Notes: generated by a model not told the origin, from the sequence alone. 44,421 bases of DNA from a virus (IMGVR_UViG_3300037692_000159:1-44421); one strand, 5' to 3'. Counted from the stretch's first letter, positions 27,633-36,675 are shown. A program made the numbers and translations.

Positions 27633-28076
27633 CTATTTCGCCGGATCGGTGGGATCTCCATACGCATGCTGGTAGGTCACGACATACCGGGAGATCAGGA
27701 CCCCGGTGAACTCGTCCACGAACTGCTTGCTCGAGCTGTTCTCTCCTTCCGGCCTGATGATCCCGACCAGCGTTAGGATCTCCGGATCCTTCAGGACGGC
27801 CTTGTAGATCTCGGAGTCGATCAGATCCGCCTTGTCGCTGGCGTCCTCCTCATCGGCCAGGAAATAGGTTTCGAACTGGATCGTGAAGGTATTCTTGGAA
27901 TACCGGTTGTTATTCACCTTCGATTCCACGTCGTCGTAGATGAAGACGACCGGGAAGATTGCCGTCTCCCGCTTCGGCGGAGTGGGCGGGTTCCGCCTCA
28001 CGGAGCCGACGATAGGAATGGCCGTAACCGCCTCCGCGATCGCACGCAGGATCAGGGTTTTAAGCGGTTCCGCCAT
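27633..28076 (-). CDS. Tail terminator/completion protein
   Basis: 147 aa immediately before tail tube; FPVVFIYD motif. Confidence 0.65.
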   Translation of the reverse strand: MAEPLKTLILRAIAEAVTAIPIVGSVRRNPPTPPKRETAIFPVVFIYDDVESKVNNNRYSKNTFTIQFETYFLADEEDASDKADLIDSEIYKAVLKDPEILTLVGIIRPEGENSSSKQFVDEFTGVLISRYVVTYQHAYGDPTDPAK

Positions 28077-28077
28077 C

Positions 28078-28710
28078 TCACGCCTCCTTCAGCCGAATGC
28101 CGATATCCCGGAACGCCTTGATCATCCGCGGCTTCTCCCAGGCGAGGATCACTTCCGGGTGCACGCGGGACTTGATCTGGACCTGCTTTTTGAGGACGAA
28201 CAGCGGGACGACATCCCCGCGCGCCTCTCCAGCGTGCGCCCCCTTTTGCGCGACGCGCTTTCCGAACAGGATCAGGTTCCCCTTCTTGCTCCTGGCGAAG
28301 AACGTCTCGCCCCACATCCCGGACTGCGCCGCTCCGCGCAGGACTCCAGCCTTCGTCATCGCAGCGGGTAGGGGGATGGTCAGGTATTTCCTGTTCACCG
28401 GCTTGATCGTAGTGACCTGGCCCTTGGGGCCCACGTGCGGGCGCGCATACGTGGTACCGAATCCCATCCCGGATTCGATCACGCCGGAGCGTTCGGTGAC
28501 CGGCAGGGGTTTCGTCTGCGCTCGCAAATTCCCGGTTCGCACCGCGAGAATGTAGGGCCGCGGGCCGGACATATAGGTTTTCCGGGTATGCGAGGTCATC
28601 AACCGGGCCTCGGTCGCCAGGACCTTCTTCGTCTCGGAAAAGACTTTCCGGGACATCTTCTGCACGGTGCCGACGAGTTTGTCGGCTCCTTCGACCTTCC
28701 CGCGGATCAT
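28078..28710 (-). CDS. Virion morphogenesis protein (HK97 gp10-like)
   Basis: Basic protein; VRTGNLR and TYARPH motifs; synteny. Confidence 0.65.
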   Translation of the reverse strand: MIRGKVEGADKLVGTVQKMSRKVFSETKKVLATEARLMTSHTRKTYMSGPRPYILAVRTGNLRAQTKPLPVTERSGVIESGMGFGTTYARPHVGPKGQVTTIKPVNRKYLTIPLPAAMTKAGVLRGAAQSGMWGETFFARSKKGNLILFGKRVAQKGAHAGEARGDVVPLFVLKKQVQIKSRVHPEVILAWEKPRMIKAFRDIGIRLKEA

Positions 28711-29261
28711 AGTGAGATCCTTCGCCGGCGGTTAAGCTCTGCCTCAACGTCGGGAAGCCATTCGCCGATCGCGAACTTTTGGACCGTACCGTCCGGATAC
28801 GCAACCGCGGACAGGCCAGGGTCGCTACGGCGCCGGAACTCGTAGGAGACCTGCTTCAGGAGCTTGTTCCGCAACGCCTTCGGGATGAGGTCTTCGGCAT
28901 ATCCACCGTCGTAGACGACCCGGATGTTCCGGTTGCCCTTGCGGAAATGGTAGTCGCCGTCCTTCTTGATCTTTGCTGGTGTCGTCCCGGTGCCCGGGTA
29001 GACGGTATAGTCCTCAGACGAGACGATGACGTCGTTCTCGTAGACGGCGACGTTGGAGACGTTGAAGTGCGGAAGATACAGTGTCGAATTCCCGCCGTCG
29101 AGATAGACCGTATGATCGTCCACCTTCTGGACGGAGGCATCCATGAATTCGTCGGCTTCTTCGATCACCCCGGCGATGATGTCCTCGAGGATCCCGTCAT
29201 AGACCATGGAAGTGTCCACCGGACTTCCGATCAGCGTCTTCGCGTCCATCAGCATCGTCAC
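28707..29261 (-). CDS. Head-tail connector/adaptor protein
   Basis: LDGG...LYLPH, G.RNIRVVYDGGY...IP.AL, LPDVEAELNRRRR; GTGA overlap. Confidence 0.75.
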   Translation of the reverse strand: MTMLMDAKTLIGSPVDTSMVYDGILEDIIAGVIEEADEFMDASVQKVDDHTVYLDGGNSTLYLPHFNVSNVAVYENDVIVSSEDYTVYPGTGTTPAKIKKDGDYHFRKGNRNIRVVYDGGYAEDLIPKALRNKLLKQVSYEFRRRSDPGLSAVAYPDGTVQKFAIGEWLPDVEAELNRRRRISL

Positions 29262-30172
29262 GAGAGCATCCTCCTCGCTTCGCGCATCACGTCTCCCGGG
29301 GAGATCGAGTTCATGCACAGGTAAACCGTGCAGGTGTAGAACATGCCCGAATACTGGCAGGGCGCGCAGCCGATCTTCGACTTTATGACCTTCGAGCTCT
29401 TGCTCACCGGACCGTTCTTGCTCGTGAGCGTCGGGCCGAAGATCGCGATCGTCGGGACCTGGAGGGCATCGGCCGCGTGCATGCAGCCGGTGTCCGTCGA
29501 GATGAACAGGTCCACCTGGGAAATTGCCTTCGCGGTCTCCGTGAACCGGAGTCGCCCGCAGAAGTCCGCGTCGAGCCGCACGCCGGAAAGTTCCCCCGGA
29601 CCTCCGACCCCGATCACCGATCCGCCGAACCATCCCTTGAGGGCATCTGCCAGAGGCCCGAAGTGCGGCCAGTGTTTCTTCGCCCACATGCTCGACTTGA
29701 ACGCGGAGTTGCACAGCCCGATGATCGGCCGCGGGAGATCGAGCACGGGGCCTTCCGCCTTCGGAACGCACATCGGCGGGGTCGGTCCACCGTAGCCGAG
29801 CGCCCGGACGAACCGCATGTTGGCCTCGATCTCGTGGTGCTTCGTGATCGGCCAGTTGTCGCCCGGCCAGCGGATCCGGTTATGCTTGGTCCGCTGCTGG
29901 ATGTATTTCCCGGCCTCCGACGTCTCGCACTGGAGCGGGATGAAATAGTTGACGTACCCATTCATCGGCCCGGGATAGACGACGACCTTATCGACGAAAG
30001 GAAGTCCGTCGAGGATGTCCCGAATCGCCGGGACCCTGGAATCGTTCCACTTCTTCGCCAGGCAGACATCGATCTGCTTGCTCGGGTCCATTGAGGCGAA
30101 CGCCTGAAGCGCCGGCGTCGCTTGGATCAGATTTCCGATCCCCGACTTGAAATAGGCGACGGAGCGGGTCAT
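29258..30172 (-). CDS. Glycosyltransferase family 9 (ADP-heptose transferase-like)
   Basis: GIGNLIQATPAL, KHWPHF, FISTDTGCMHAADALQVPTIAIFGPT, CAPC...C...CM. Confidence 0.88.
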   Translation of the reverse strand: MTRSVAYFKSGIGNLIQATPALQAFASMDPSKQIDVCLAKKWNDSRVPAIRDILDGLPFVDKVVVYPGPMNGYVNYFIPLQCETSEAGKYIQQRTKHNRIRWPGDNWPITKHHEIEANMRFVRALGYGGPTPPMCVPKAEGPVLDLPRPIIGLCNSAFKSSMWAKKHWPHFGPLADALKGWFGGSVIGVGGPGELSGVRLDADFCGRLRFTETAKAISQVDLFISTDTGCMHAADALQVPTIAIFGPTLTSKNGPVSKSSKVIKSKIGCAPCQYSGMFYTCTVYLCMNSISPGDVMREARRMLS

Positions 30173-30897
30173 CGCAGCTTCAGCACTTCATCGATAATCC
30201 CATTGCCTCCGAATTGCCGGAAAAGAATCTCGGCGTTCGGAATAAGACAATGCCCCCCGATCCTATCCTCTGGGGGCGACAAGACCGGTCGAGCGACCCA
30301 CGACATACCAAGTTTTTTATATCCCTCGTTGTACGTCTCATTCGCCTCCGTCATCGCAACGGAGAAGTCCGCCCCGGTCTTATCGCACAAGGATTTCGCG
30401 TATCCATGAAAAGCGATGCAGGTCGCGTAGTAGGTTGTATCGAGCAGCTTGAGCATCTCCGTTGTCTCGCTGCCGCACACAAGCCGCACCGGAACTCCGA
30501 GACTTTCCAGGTGGTCTGCGGCGATCTTTCCTGTCATCGGGTCATCGCACCCGATGAATTTGATAAATGTGCGTAGACTCCGCAGGAGATCTGGGTGCTT
30601 TCCCCGAATGGGAGAATGGACCGCGATCCTCCCGATGTTCTTTGTGGTTCCCACTGGAACAGTAGAGTGAATGATTACGATCTCCGGGGTCTTTTCCACG
30701 ATGGTCCGTACAACATCGTCCACGAATATGTCCGACCATGGAATACAGACATGAAGCAGATCAAGCCTTTCTGGAAAGTTATCCTCGGTCAAATCCTTCA
30801 GGAAGATTTCCGCCTCTCCGTATAGGCCGGACACGGCGGCCCCGACCTCTCCATTCCCGAGTACCCCGATTAGCAGCGATGTGGCGACCCCGGTCAA
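30169..30897 (-). CDS. Compact UDP-glucose/GDP-mannose dehydrogenase-family protein
   Basis: GNGEVG Rossmann motif, IHSTVPVGTT, EMLKLLDTTY, IGGHCLIPN; only ~242 aa; TTGA overlap. Confidence 0.8.
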   Translation of the reverse strand: MTGVATSLLIGVLGNGEVGAAVSGLYGEAEIFLKDLTEDNFPERLDLLHVCIPWSDIFVDDVVRTIVEKTPEIVIIHSTVPVGTTKNIGRIAVHSPIRGKHPDLLRSLRTFIKFIGCDDPMTGKIAADHLESLGVPVRLVCGSETTEMLKLLDTTYYATCIAFHGYAKSLCDKTGADFSVAMTEANETYNEGYKKLGMSWVARPVLSPPEDRIGGHCLIPNAEILFRQFGGNGIIDEVLKLR

Positions 30898-31619
30898 CCC
30901 TTCCTCCGGAACGCCGCGTACCCGAAGTGTGACTCCGTGCAGGGGTGGTGCATGATGAGCTCGTATCTTCGGTCGAGGAGAAGTTCCTCGAACACCCACA
31001 GGCACTTGAGCGTATGGATGTCATCGAGCACGAGGTACTTTGCCCCGTAGACCGCGGCCACGTCCGCTCTGCCCGAGTACGTACCTCCATCCACGAACGC
31101 GAGGTCGAACGTCTCCACCTGGTTGCGCTCTTTGATGAGCTCGATCCCTTTGAGGGGCAGCCTCTCCCGTAAGAAGTACGCGGCATATCGATCCCTCTCC
31201 CGCTTGTGCCACGCCGGTTCCTGCCGCTGCGCAGGGCAGGAGAACGGGTTCTTCGGCCAGTCCTCCCGGAAGAACCGGTCGATCTCCGCGTCCGTGTAGT
31301 GCACCTCGGGAGGTGTGGAGCAGACCCGGTAGCACTTCATGTACGATGCCCGAGTCTTCGCGAGCACATCGTACATCTGCTGGACGGCCTCGATGCAGAA
31401 GAGACGAACCTGCGGGAAGTTCGGGTTCTTCTCCAGGCCCTCGCGCAGGGCCATCGTCGAACCGCGCCCGTCCGTCGAGCCGACCTCGATCACGCGTCGG
31501 ACCTCCGGCCTCGATGCGAGATCGACCAGGGTGGCATACATGAGTCCGGTGTGCGGATCTCCCTTCCGATGGTCCGGGGCGCGTGTGTGCTCATAGATCG
31601 GCTTCGCGTTCGGAGTCAT
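30894..31619 (-). CDS. Class I SAM-dependent methyltransferase-like protein
   Basis: VIEVGSTDGRGST, FCIE, FDLAFVDGG, LVLDD; alternative TTG start at 31628. Confidence 0.72.
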   Translation of the reverse strand: MTPNAKPIYEHTRAPDHRKGDPHTGLMYATLVDLASRPEVRRVIEVGSTDGRGSTMALREGLEKNPNFPQVRLFCIEAVQQMYDVLAKTRASYMKCYRVCSTPPEVHYTDAEIDRFFREDWPKNPFSCPAQRQEPAWHKRERDRYAAYFLRERLPLKGIELIKERNQVETFDLAFVDGGTYSGRADVAAVYGAKYLVLDDIHTLKCLWVFEELLLDRRYELIMHHPCTESHFGYAAFRRKG

Positions 31620-31624
31620 GGCGT

Positions 31625-32470
31625 TCAACAAGCGATCCTCCCACGAACCGCGGTCTCGACGGCCTTCCAGAAGTCGAACGGAGCTTGGCGGAGCCACTCG
31701 CGCAGGCCCTCCGTATCGGATAGGTCGCGGTCCCAGGACTTGTGACCCACGTTGTCGTTCATCACGATATTCTTCACACCACAGAGCGCGGCCTCGAATA
31801 TCACCCGCTCCCCCGCGCATACCATGTCCGGCAAGTGGACGAGCCAGCCGACGGATGAATAGAGTCCGGGCATATCCTTCAGCGGACGATGCGGGATGGA
31901 GGACGCTCTCGGTAGCTCGAAGCCGACGGATAAAAACGAGAGTTCGGGATGGTCCTCGATGTACCGGATGATCGACCGGGATATCTTCCCGCCGCGGGCC
32001 CACCCCCCGACCACCAGCGCCTTCCTTGCATCCCGTTGCACTCCGGGCGTCGGACGGAACATCTCCGTCTGGATCGCCAGGGGCAGCGCGATCCCGTCGA
32101 CGCCGAGCCTCGACTTGTGGTTCTCCAAGTGAGCCGGGGACAGGAACACGTTCAGGGCGGACTCACCGAATAGGCGCTTGGCGAGGTCCGGCCGGCCGAT
32201 CTCCCGGCTGTCGTGCTCGTACTTGACATACGGCTTCCTCTTCCTCCACAGCACATCGAGAATGACCTGCTCCTGCGGGCGGGCGAACTGGAAGAAATTA
32301 TTCACGATCACGACATCGCACTCGTCGAGAACGCGCTGGTGGAAGTTCTGCGGAGTCACGCCGACGATATCGAAGCCCAGGTTCTCGCCTGCCGCCACGA
32401 CGCACCGGTTCGATGTCTCCGCGCCGCCATGCGGACGAGAAATATCTTGGATCCAGGCGACTCTCACCAC
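31625..32470 (-). CDS. GT-B (GT4-like) glycosyltransferase
   Basis: HGGAE N-terminal motif; LVHLP...GERVIFEAALCG donor-binding-like motif. Confidence 0.75.
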   Translation of the reverse strand: MVRVAWIQDISRPHGGAETSNRCVVAAGENLGFDIVGVTPQNFHQRVLDECDVVIVNNFFQFARPQEQVILDVLWRKRKPYVKYEHDSREIGRPDLAKRLFGESALNVFLSPAHLENHKSRLGVDGIALPLAIQTEMFRPTPGVQRDARKALVVGGWARGGKISRSIIRYIEDHPELSFLSVGFELPRASSIPHRPLKDMPGLYSSVGWLVHLPDMVCAGERVIFEAALCGVKNIVMNDNVGHKSWDRDLSDTEGLREWLRQAPFDFWKAVETAVRGRIAC

Positions 32471-32661
32471 TGCTCCTTCGTCTGAGACAGGCCACGCGCC
32501 GCCATGACGCGCTTCCTGTGCTCCGCGATAAACTCTTTGAGGACCTTCTTCCGCGCTTGCTTATTGGCCGCCGTCTCTGCCTTTCTGCGAAGCGCCCCTT
32601 CCCGGTGCCACCGAGTCAGGTTCCGCAGGGAGTTCGGGTTCGCCCTCTCCGCCCACCCCAT
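32464..32661 (-). CDS. Small basic hypothetical protein
   Basis: 65 aa, Arg/Lys rich, overlaps both neighbours. Confidence 0.55.
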   Translation of the reverse strand: MGWAERANPNSLRNLTRWHREGALRRKAETAANKQARKKVLKEFIAEHRKRVMAARGLSQTKEQW

Positions 32662-32939
32662 CACTTCTCCCCCCTCTTCCCGAAGACGTCCTCGTGCGTG
32701 AGAGCAAAGCGATCCTTCGTCAGATAGCCGCTTCCGTCGCCAGCGACCATGTCTTGCGTCTGGTACTGCATTCCCTCGATCCCGGAGAGGACCTTCCACT
32801 TGCCCCGCTTTTCCCCCAGGCGGGCCCTGCGCACGGCCTCCGCGTACTCCCCGGTGATGTGCATGGTCGGCCCGTTGCGAGCCTTGAGGACCGGATCGAT
32901 ATTCTGGACCTGAATCATCGCGATTCTCGGCAAAGCCAT
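32661..32939 (-). CDS. Small protein after major capsid gene
   Basis: AGGAGG SD, 92 aa. Confidence 0.6.
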   Translation of the reverse strand: MALPRIAMIQVQNIDPVLKARNGPTMHITGEYAEAVRRARLGEKRGKWKVLSGIEGMQYQTQDMVAGDGSGYLTKDRFALTHEDVFGKRGEK

Positions 32940-33014
32940 TCCCCCTCCTGGTGATGGGCGGGAGCCCAAGAAGGACCCCCGCCCCCGGTTATTGGTTTAC
33001 CGAACCGCCTCGGT

Positions 33015-34316
33015 CTAGCTCGTCGAGTCGTCGAGGTACGCGAAGCCGTCGGGCACCCCGGGCGCCCCGTCCTGCCGGACCACGAACCGGACGGCCGTCT
33101 CGTCGAACTCGAAATACCGGTCCTTCGAGGTGTCGATCGTCATGTTCTGCCGGACACCCCACAGGTAGAACTCGAGGGCGGCGAGGATCAGGTCGCCCTT
33201 GCTTCCGTAGGGCCGTGCGTTCCGGGTGAGAATCAACGGGCTGCCGTTGAGCTGCGGAGGCATCCTGTCTCCGAAGAACGTGGAGCGGCCGTCGTGGTAG
33301 ATCGGCTGCTTCTGGTCGTCCTTCAACTTCGCGAGCGCGTTCCGGGACGCCTTCCGGCTGATGTAGGTGAGGTTCGTGAAGTTCTCGTCCAGAGCCGAGT
33401 CCAGGTCGATCACATCGTCGTACTTGATCTGCCCCGCCGTGTCCCTCGGAACCGCGATCACGTTCGGGTCGTTCAGGATCCCGAGCATCTCGTTGCCGGT
33501 GCCCAGCCCGGAGATCACCTCGTGCTCGGTCTCCCACATGAACGCCCGGACGAACAGCGAGGTCACGTAGTTGATGATGTTGATCGCGGAATCGGCGATC
33601 ACCTCGTCGGTGAGCGCGATCAGGCCGATGAGCTTCTTCGCGTTCAGCTCGACGTAGTCGAAGACCGGCTTGGTCTTCTTCTTCTCCGCGGCCTCGTTCG
33701 GATGGTACAGGTGGATCCCGCCGAAATAGGAGCCGGCGGCCTGGACCAGCCTCGGGATGCGCAGGGTCTGCGCCCCGAGCGGGAGCCGCCACAGCTTCGG
33801 GAGGATCGCCGACTGCGCGGTGGCGAACTCGATGACGGTCGCCAGGAACTCGATCGGCACGAGCACGCCGGCATCGGTCGTGGTCAGCGGCCCGGTCACC
33901 TTCACGTTCTCGGCCTCGACCATCGCGCTGTAATCGCGGATGTCGAGCCCTTCGTTCCGGGCCTGGTTGTAGTCGCCGCGGCATTTGAGCACCTGGGCGA
34001 ACTTCTGCATGGCGGGCGACAGCGAGAGCCACGGACCCGAACCCCGAGCGCCGAGTCCCTTCGCCAGCGCAATCGCATCCTGCGGCCCGCCGTCCCGGCG
34101 GTATTCCTTGCGGAAGAACCGGGTGTCGATGACCGACTTCCCGCACGTCTCCAGAAGCGTTCCGTCCCCGCCGGGGAACAGCTGCGCCCGCTCGACCCTC
34201 GCCATGTCATCCTTGAGGGCCTTGATCTGGGGAAATTCCATCCCCTCCATTGCCTTCGCGAGAATCCCCGGAAGGTCCTTCATGTCGATCGTTACTTGCT
34301 GGCTTTCACCGGGCAT
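33015..34316 (-). CDS. Major capsid protein, HK97 fold
   Basis: AGVLVP.EF, NEAAEK, VELNAKKL, TDEVIADS, GLGTGNEMLGIL, LKDDQKQPIY, FEFDETAVR. Confidence 0.93.
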   Translation of the reverse strand: MPGESQQVTIDMKDLPGILAKAMEGMEFPQIKALKDDMARVERAQLFPGGDGTLLETCGKSVIDTRFFRKEYRRDGGPQDAIALAKGLGARGSGPWLSLSPAMQKFAQVLKCRGDYNQARNEGLDIRDYSAMVEAENVKVTGPLTTTDAGVLVPIEFLATVIEFATAQSAILPKLWRLPLGAQTLRIPRLVQAAGSYFGGIHLYHPNEAAEKKKTKPVFDYVELNAKKLIGLIALTDEVIADSAINIINYVTSLFVRAFMWETEHEVISGLGTGNEMLGILNDPNVIAVPRDTAGQIKYDDVIDLDSALDENFTNLTYISRKASRNALAKLKDDQKQPIYHDGRSTFFGDRMPPQLNGSPLILTRNARPYGSKGDLILAALEFYLWGVRQNMTIDTSKDRYFEFDETAVRFVVRQDGAPGVPDGFAYLDDSTS

Positions 34317-34338
34317 CTCTTCTTACCTCCGTGAGCCG

Positions 34339-34365
34339 AAATAAAAAAAGCCCCGCACGCGGGGC
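34339..34365 (-). terminator. Intrinsic terminator-like hairpin
   Basis: Minus strand GCCCCG-CGTG-CGGGGC-TTTTTTTATTT. Confidence 0.75.
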
Positions 34366-34394
34366 CTTCGTTGCCTTCGGCTGTCTGTTTGGGT

Positions 34395-35483
34395 TTAGGG
34401 GACGCGCCCCATGAGCTTGTCGACCTGCGCCTTGAAGACGGGACGGATCGCCTCGGCTACCGCCGCCACGGTTCGATCCCTCTCCTCGGCCTTCCTGCGC
34501 TCCTCCTCCCGGGCCTCTTTCGCGGAATCGCGGAAGACCAAGCGGGGAGGATCAACCTTCTCCGGAGGATTGTCTTGGCTCCCCGTGCCCCCTGCCCCGC
34601 CATCCGGTTCGGGCGGGAGGGTCGAAAGGAGCGGTTCCAGTTTCTTGTATGTCTCGGTCATCGCATTGATCGCCTTGTTCATGCTCTCGATCGCCTCCTC
34701 AAGGCCGGTGATCCTTATCTCGATCGTGTGGGACTTCTCTTCCTCTGCGGGAGGCTCGGTAGGCGCGATCTCCTTCGTCAGCCGTGCGAATTCCTCCGGC
34801 TGGCACTTCTCGCAGGCCCTGCCTATATCCTCGCCAGCAGCATTCGTGAAGACCACGACTTGGGCCTTGCAGGTATCGCACTTGCCGGGCTCGTGCTTCG
34901 TGCATCCCTGCCCACAGCCCTTGCACTCCTTCACGTCGACGAACCCGAACCAGCCGCGGCCTTCGGCGACCTTGCCTCCGAGGTAGTCGGCGTCAGCCTC
35001 CGTCTGATCCAGAAACTCCTTGACCGTCTGCGCGAACGGATTCATCGGTACACCTGCTAGGCTGTACTCCAAGAGCGTCCACTTCGTGACATCGCGCCCG
35101 TCATATTTTCCTTCCCGCAACAGGTCCTTCGCCTCGTCAACCATGTAGCCGATGGACCAGCTCGGGAAGAAGCCGCCCTTCGTCTTCGCGTAGAGTCGCC
35201 TCCCCACGTCGTCCGGGAAGAATTGCGTCTTGGCGAGGACCCCCGGCTGCCCCTTAAACTCGCCCACGCCGATCGATAGCGGCTTGGCGACCGGCTCCCC
35301 TCCCATCGGCCCGCGCCCATGGAGCAGGAGCACGACGGGCTTCCCCACGATCTTCATCCCCTTGGCACGCATGATGTCGCCGCCGCGGTCCTTGTGCTCC
35401 GTGGAGATAAAGTGCTCGACGATCAGGTTCTCGTCGTCGAATGCCTTGACCTCCGCCCCGAAAACTTTGTACTCGATCGGCAT
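34395..35483 (-). CDS. HK97-family prohead protease with C-terminal extension
   Basis: STEHKDRGGDI, VLLLH, SWSIGY, LLEYSLAGVPMNP. Confidence 0.88.
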   Translation of the reverse strand: MPIEYKVFGAEVKAFDDENLIVEHFISTEHKDRGGDIMRAKGMKIVGKPVVLLLHGRGPMGGEPVAKPLSIGVGEFKGQPGVLAKTQFFPDDVGRRLYAKTKGGFFPSWSIGYMVDEAKDLLREGKYDGRDVTKWTLLEYSLAGVPMNPFAQTVKEFLDQTEADADYLGGKVAEGRGWFGFVDVKECKGCGQGCTKHEPGKCDTCKAQVVVFTNAAGEDIGRACEKCQPEEFARLTKEIAPTEPPAEEEKSHTIEIRITGLEEAIESMNKAINAMTETYKKLEPLLSTLPPEPDGGAGGTGSQDNPPEKVDPPRLVFRDSAKEAREEERRKAEERDRTVAAVAEAIRPVFKAQVDKLMGRVP

Positions 35484-35511
35484 GGCCGTCTCCTTTTCGG
35501 CAGGTTGCTTG

Positions 35512-35540
35512 AAATAAAAAACCCCGCTCGCAAGCGGGGT
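35512..35540 (-). terminator. Intrinsic terminator-like hairpin
   Basis: Minus strand ACCCCGCT-TGCG-AGCGGGGT-TTTTTATTT. Confidence 0.8.
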
Positions 35541-35566
35541 CTTGATGTACCAGCCTGTGTTTTCTC

Positions 35567-36079
35567 CTACGCAACCATCAGCAGAGCGACGATCTCCTCG
35601 AGATCCTTATCGGAGAAGACCTCGACGATCCCTTCCGCGCCGAAAGAGGCCATCGAGATTTGCGCTTCCGCCGACCCGCCGACGCCGACCACCCCGCAGG
35701 CATCGCAGGTAGCCCACACCCACGCGCACGCGTATCCATCGACCGGATCGTGTACGACCGCAGTCGCTTCGGCCTCGACGAACACCGCAACGGAGCCTTG
35801 CCCCGCAACCCAAACGAATCCATACGCTTCGCACTCGATGAGAGGGACGGTCCCGTCGGCCTTCCCGGAGATGAACACCGGGGCGGGATAATCGACGACG
35901 AACCCGCCTTCGGAAACGCCCGTCGCCATCCCGCGGCCAACGCATCCGATCTGCTGGACGGTCGCGTCCCCGGTGCCTATCGTTTCCCAGACGTCACCAA
36001 GCGGATCCGGATACCAACCCTCGGGGAAGTACCCGGTGGAAAAGTATCCGACAGAGAAGTAGCCGAAGTCCGGAGGCAT
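35567..36079 (-). CDS. Repeat protein (GYFxx x3 N-terminus, about five ~21-aa Gly/Ala/Val repeats)
   Basis: GYFSVGYFSTGYFPEG; TAATG coupling. Confidence 0.6.
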   Translation of the reverse strand: MPPDFGYFSVGYFSTGYFPEGWYPDPLGDVWETIGTGDATVQQIGCVGRGMATGVSEGGFVVDYPAPVFISGKADGTVPLIECEAYGFVWVAGQGSVAVFVEAEATAVVHDPVDGYACAWVWATCDACGVVGVGGSAEAQISMASFGAEGIVEVFSDKDLEEIVALLMVA

Positions 36080-36675
36080 TATGTCGGATCCAGCGTGACG
36101 TCCGTTCTGTTGCCGTTCGAATCAACCGTCGCGGATACACGGTCCTTTGTATCCCCGAGATCCCGGAACGTAATCGACTCCGTACCGCCTCCGGAAGACT
36201 TGGCAGACAGTACCGATGCGATCAGTTTCATCATCTGCGCAGCGGTATACGGTCCTTCCAGCACCTCAGACCATATCTCCTCTGTCGTCGGCGCCGTTCC
36301 GCCGCCGGTAGAGACGGTGATTGCCTGCACCGGCTGCTGGTAGTTGATCCGCACCGAATAGTCTCCATCTGTATCGTTGAACGGATCGCCACCGCCCTGA
36401 ACCAGAATGATTCCGCCGGTTACGTTAAGAGTATGATCCGCCTCCTGCGGTTTGATTCTCCATCCATTCGTTAAGAAGGCATAAATGGGTATGGATGTTC
36501 CTGTTCCTTCGTCGATGGGATCGCCCCCGACGTTTATGAACGTAGGCAGGTATTTGGAGTTGTCGTTCGTCAGATACCAGTCTACCCACCGACTCCATAG
36601 GTCTCTCACATTGACGGTAGTAGTCCCTGCCGTCAGCGTGATGACCTTGGTTTGTCCGTCAAATGTCATCCCCAT
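36079..36675 (-). CDS. Putative virion fibre-associated protein
   Basis: TFDGQTKVI...DLWSRWVDW...FLTNGWRIKP; resembles the N-terminus of 36685-38565. Confidence 0.6.
   Translation of the reverse strand: MGMTFDGQTKVITLTAGTTTVNVRDLWSRWVDWYLTNDNSKYLPTFINVGGDPIDEGTGTSIPIYAFLTNGWRIKPQEADHTLNVTGGIILVQGGGDPFNDTDGDYSVRINYQQPVQAITVSTGGGTAPTTEEIWSEVLEGPYTAAQMMKLIASVLSAKSSGGGTESITFRDLGDTKDRVSATVDSNGNRTDVTLDPT

Noticed and set aside
32955-32985. Terminator after the major capsid gene
   Set aside because: A GGGCGGG/CCCGCCC stem is present but has no U-tract on the coding strand
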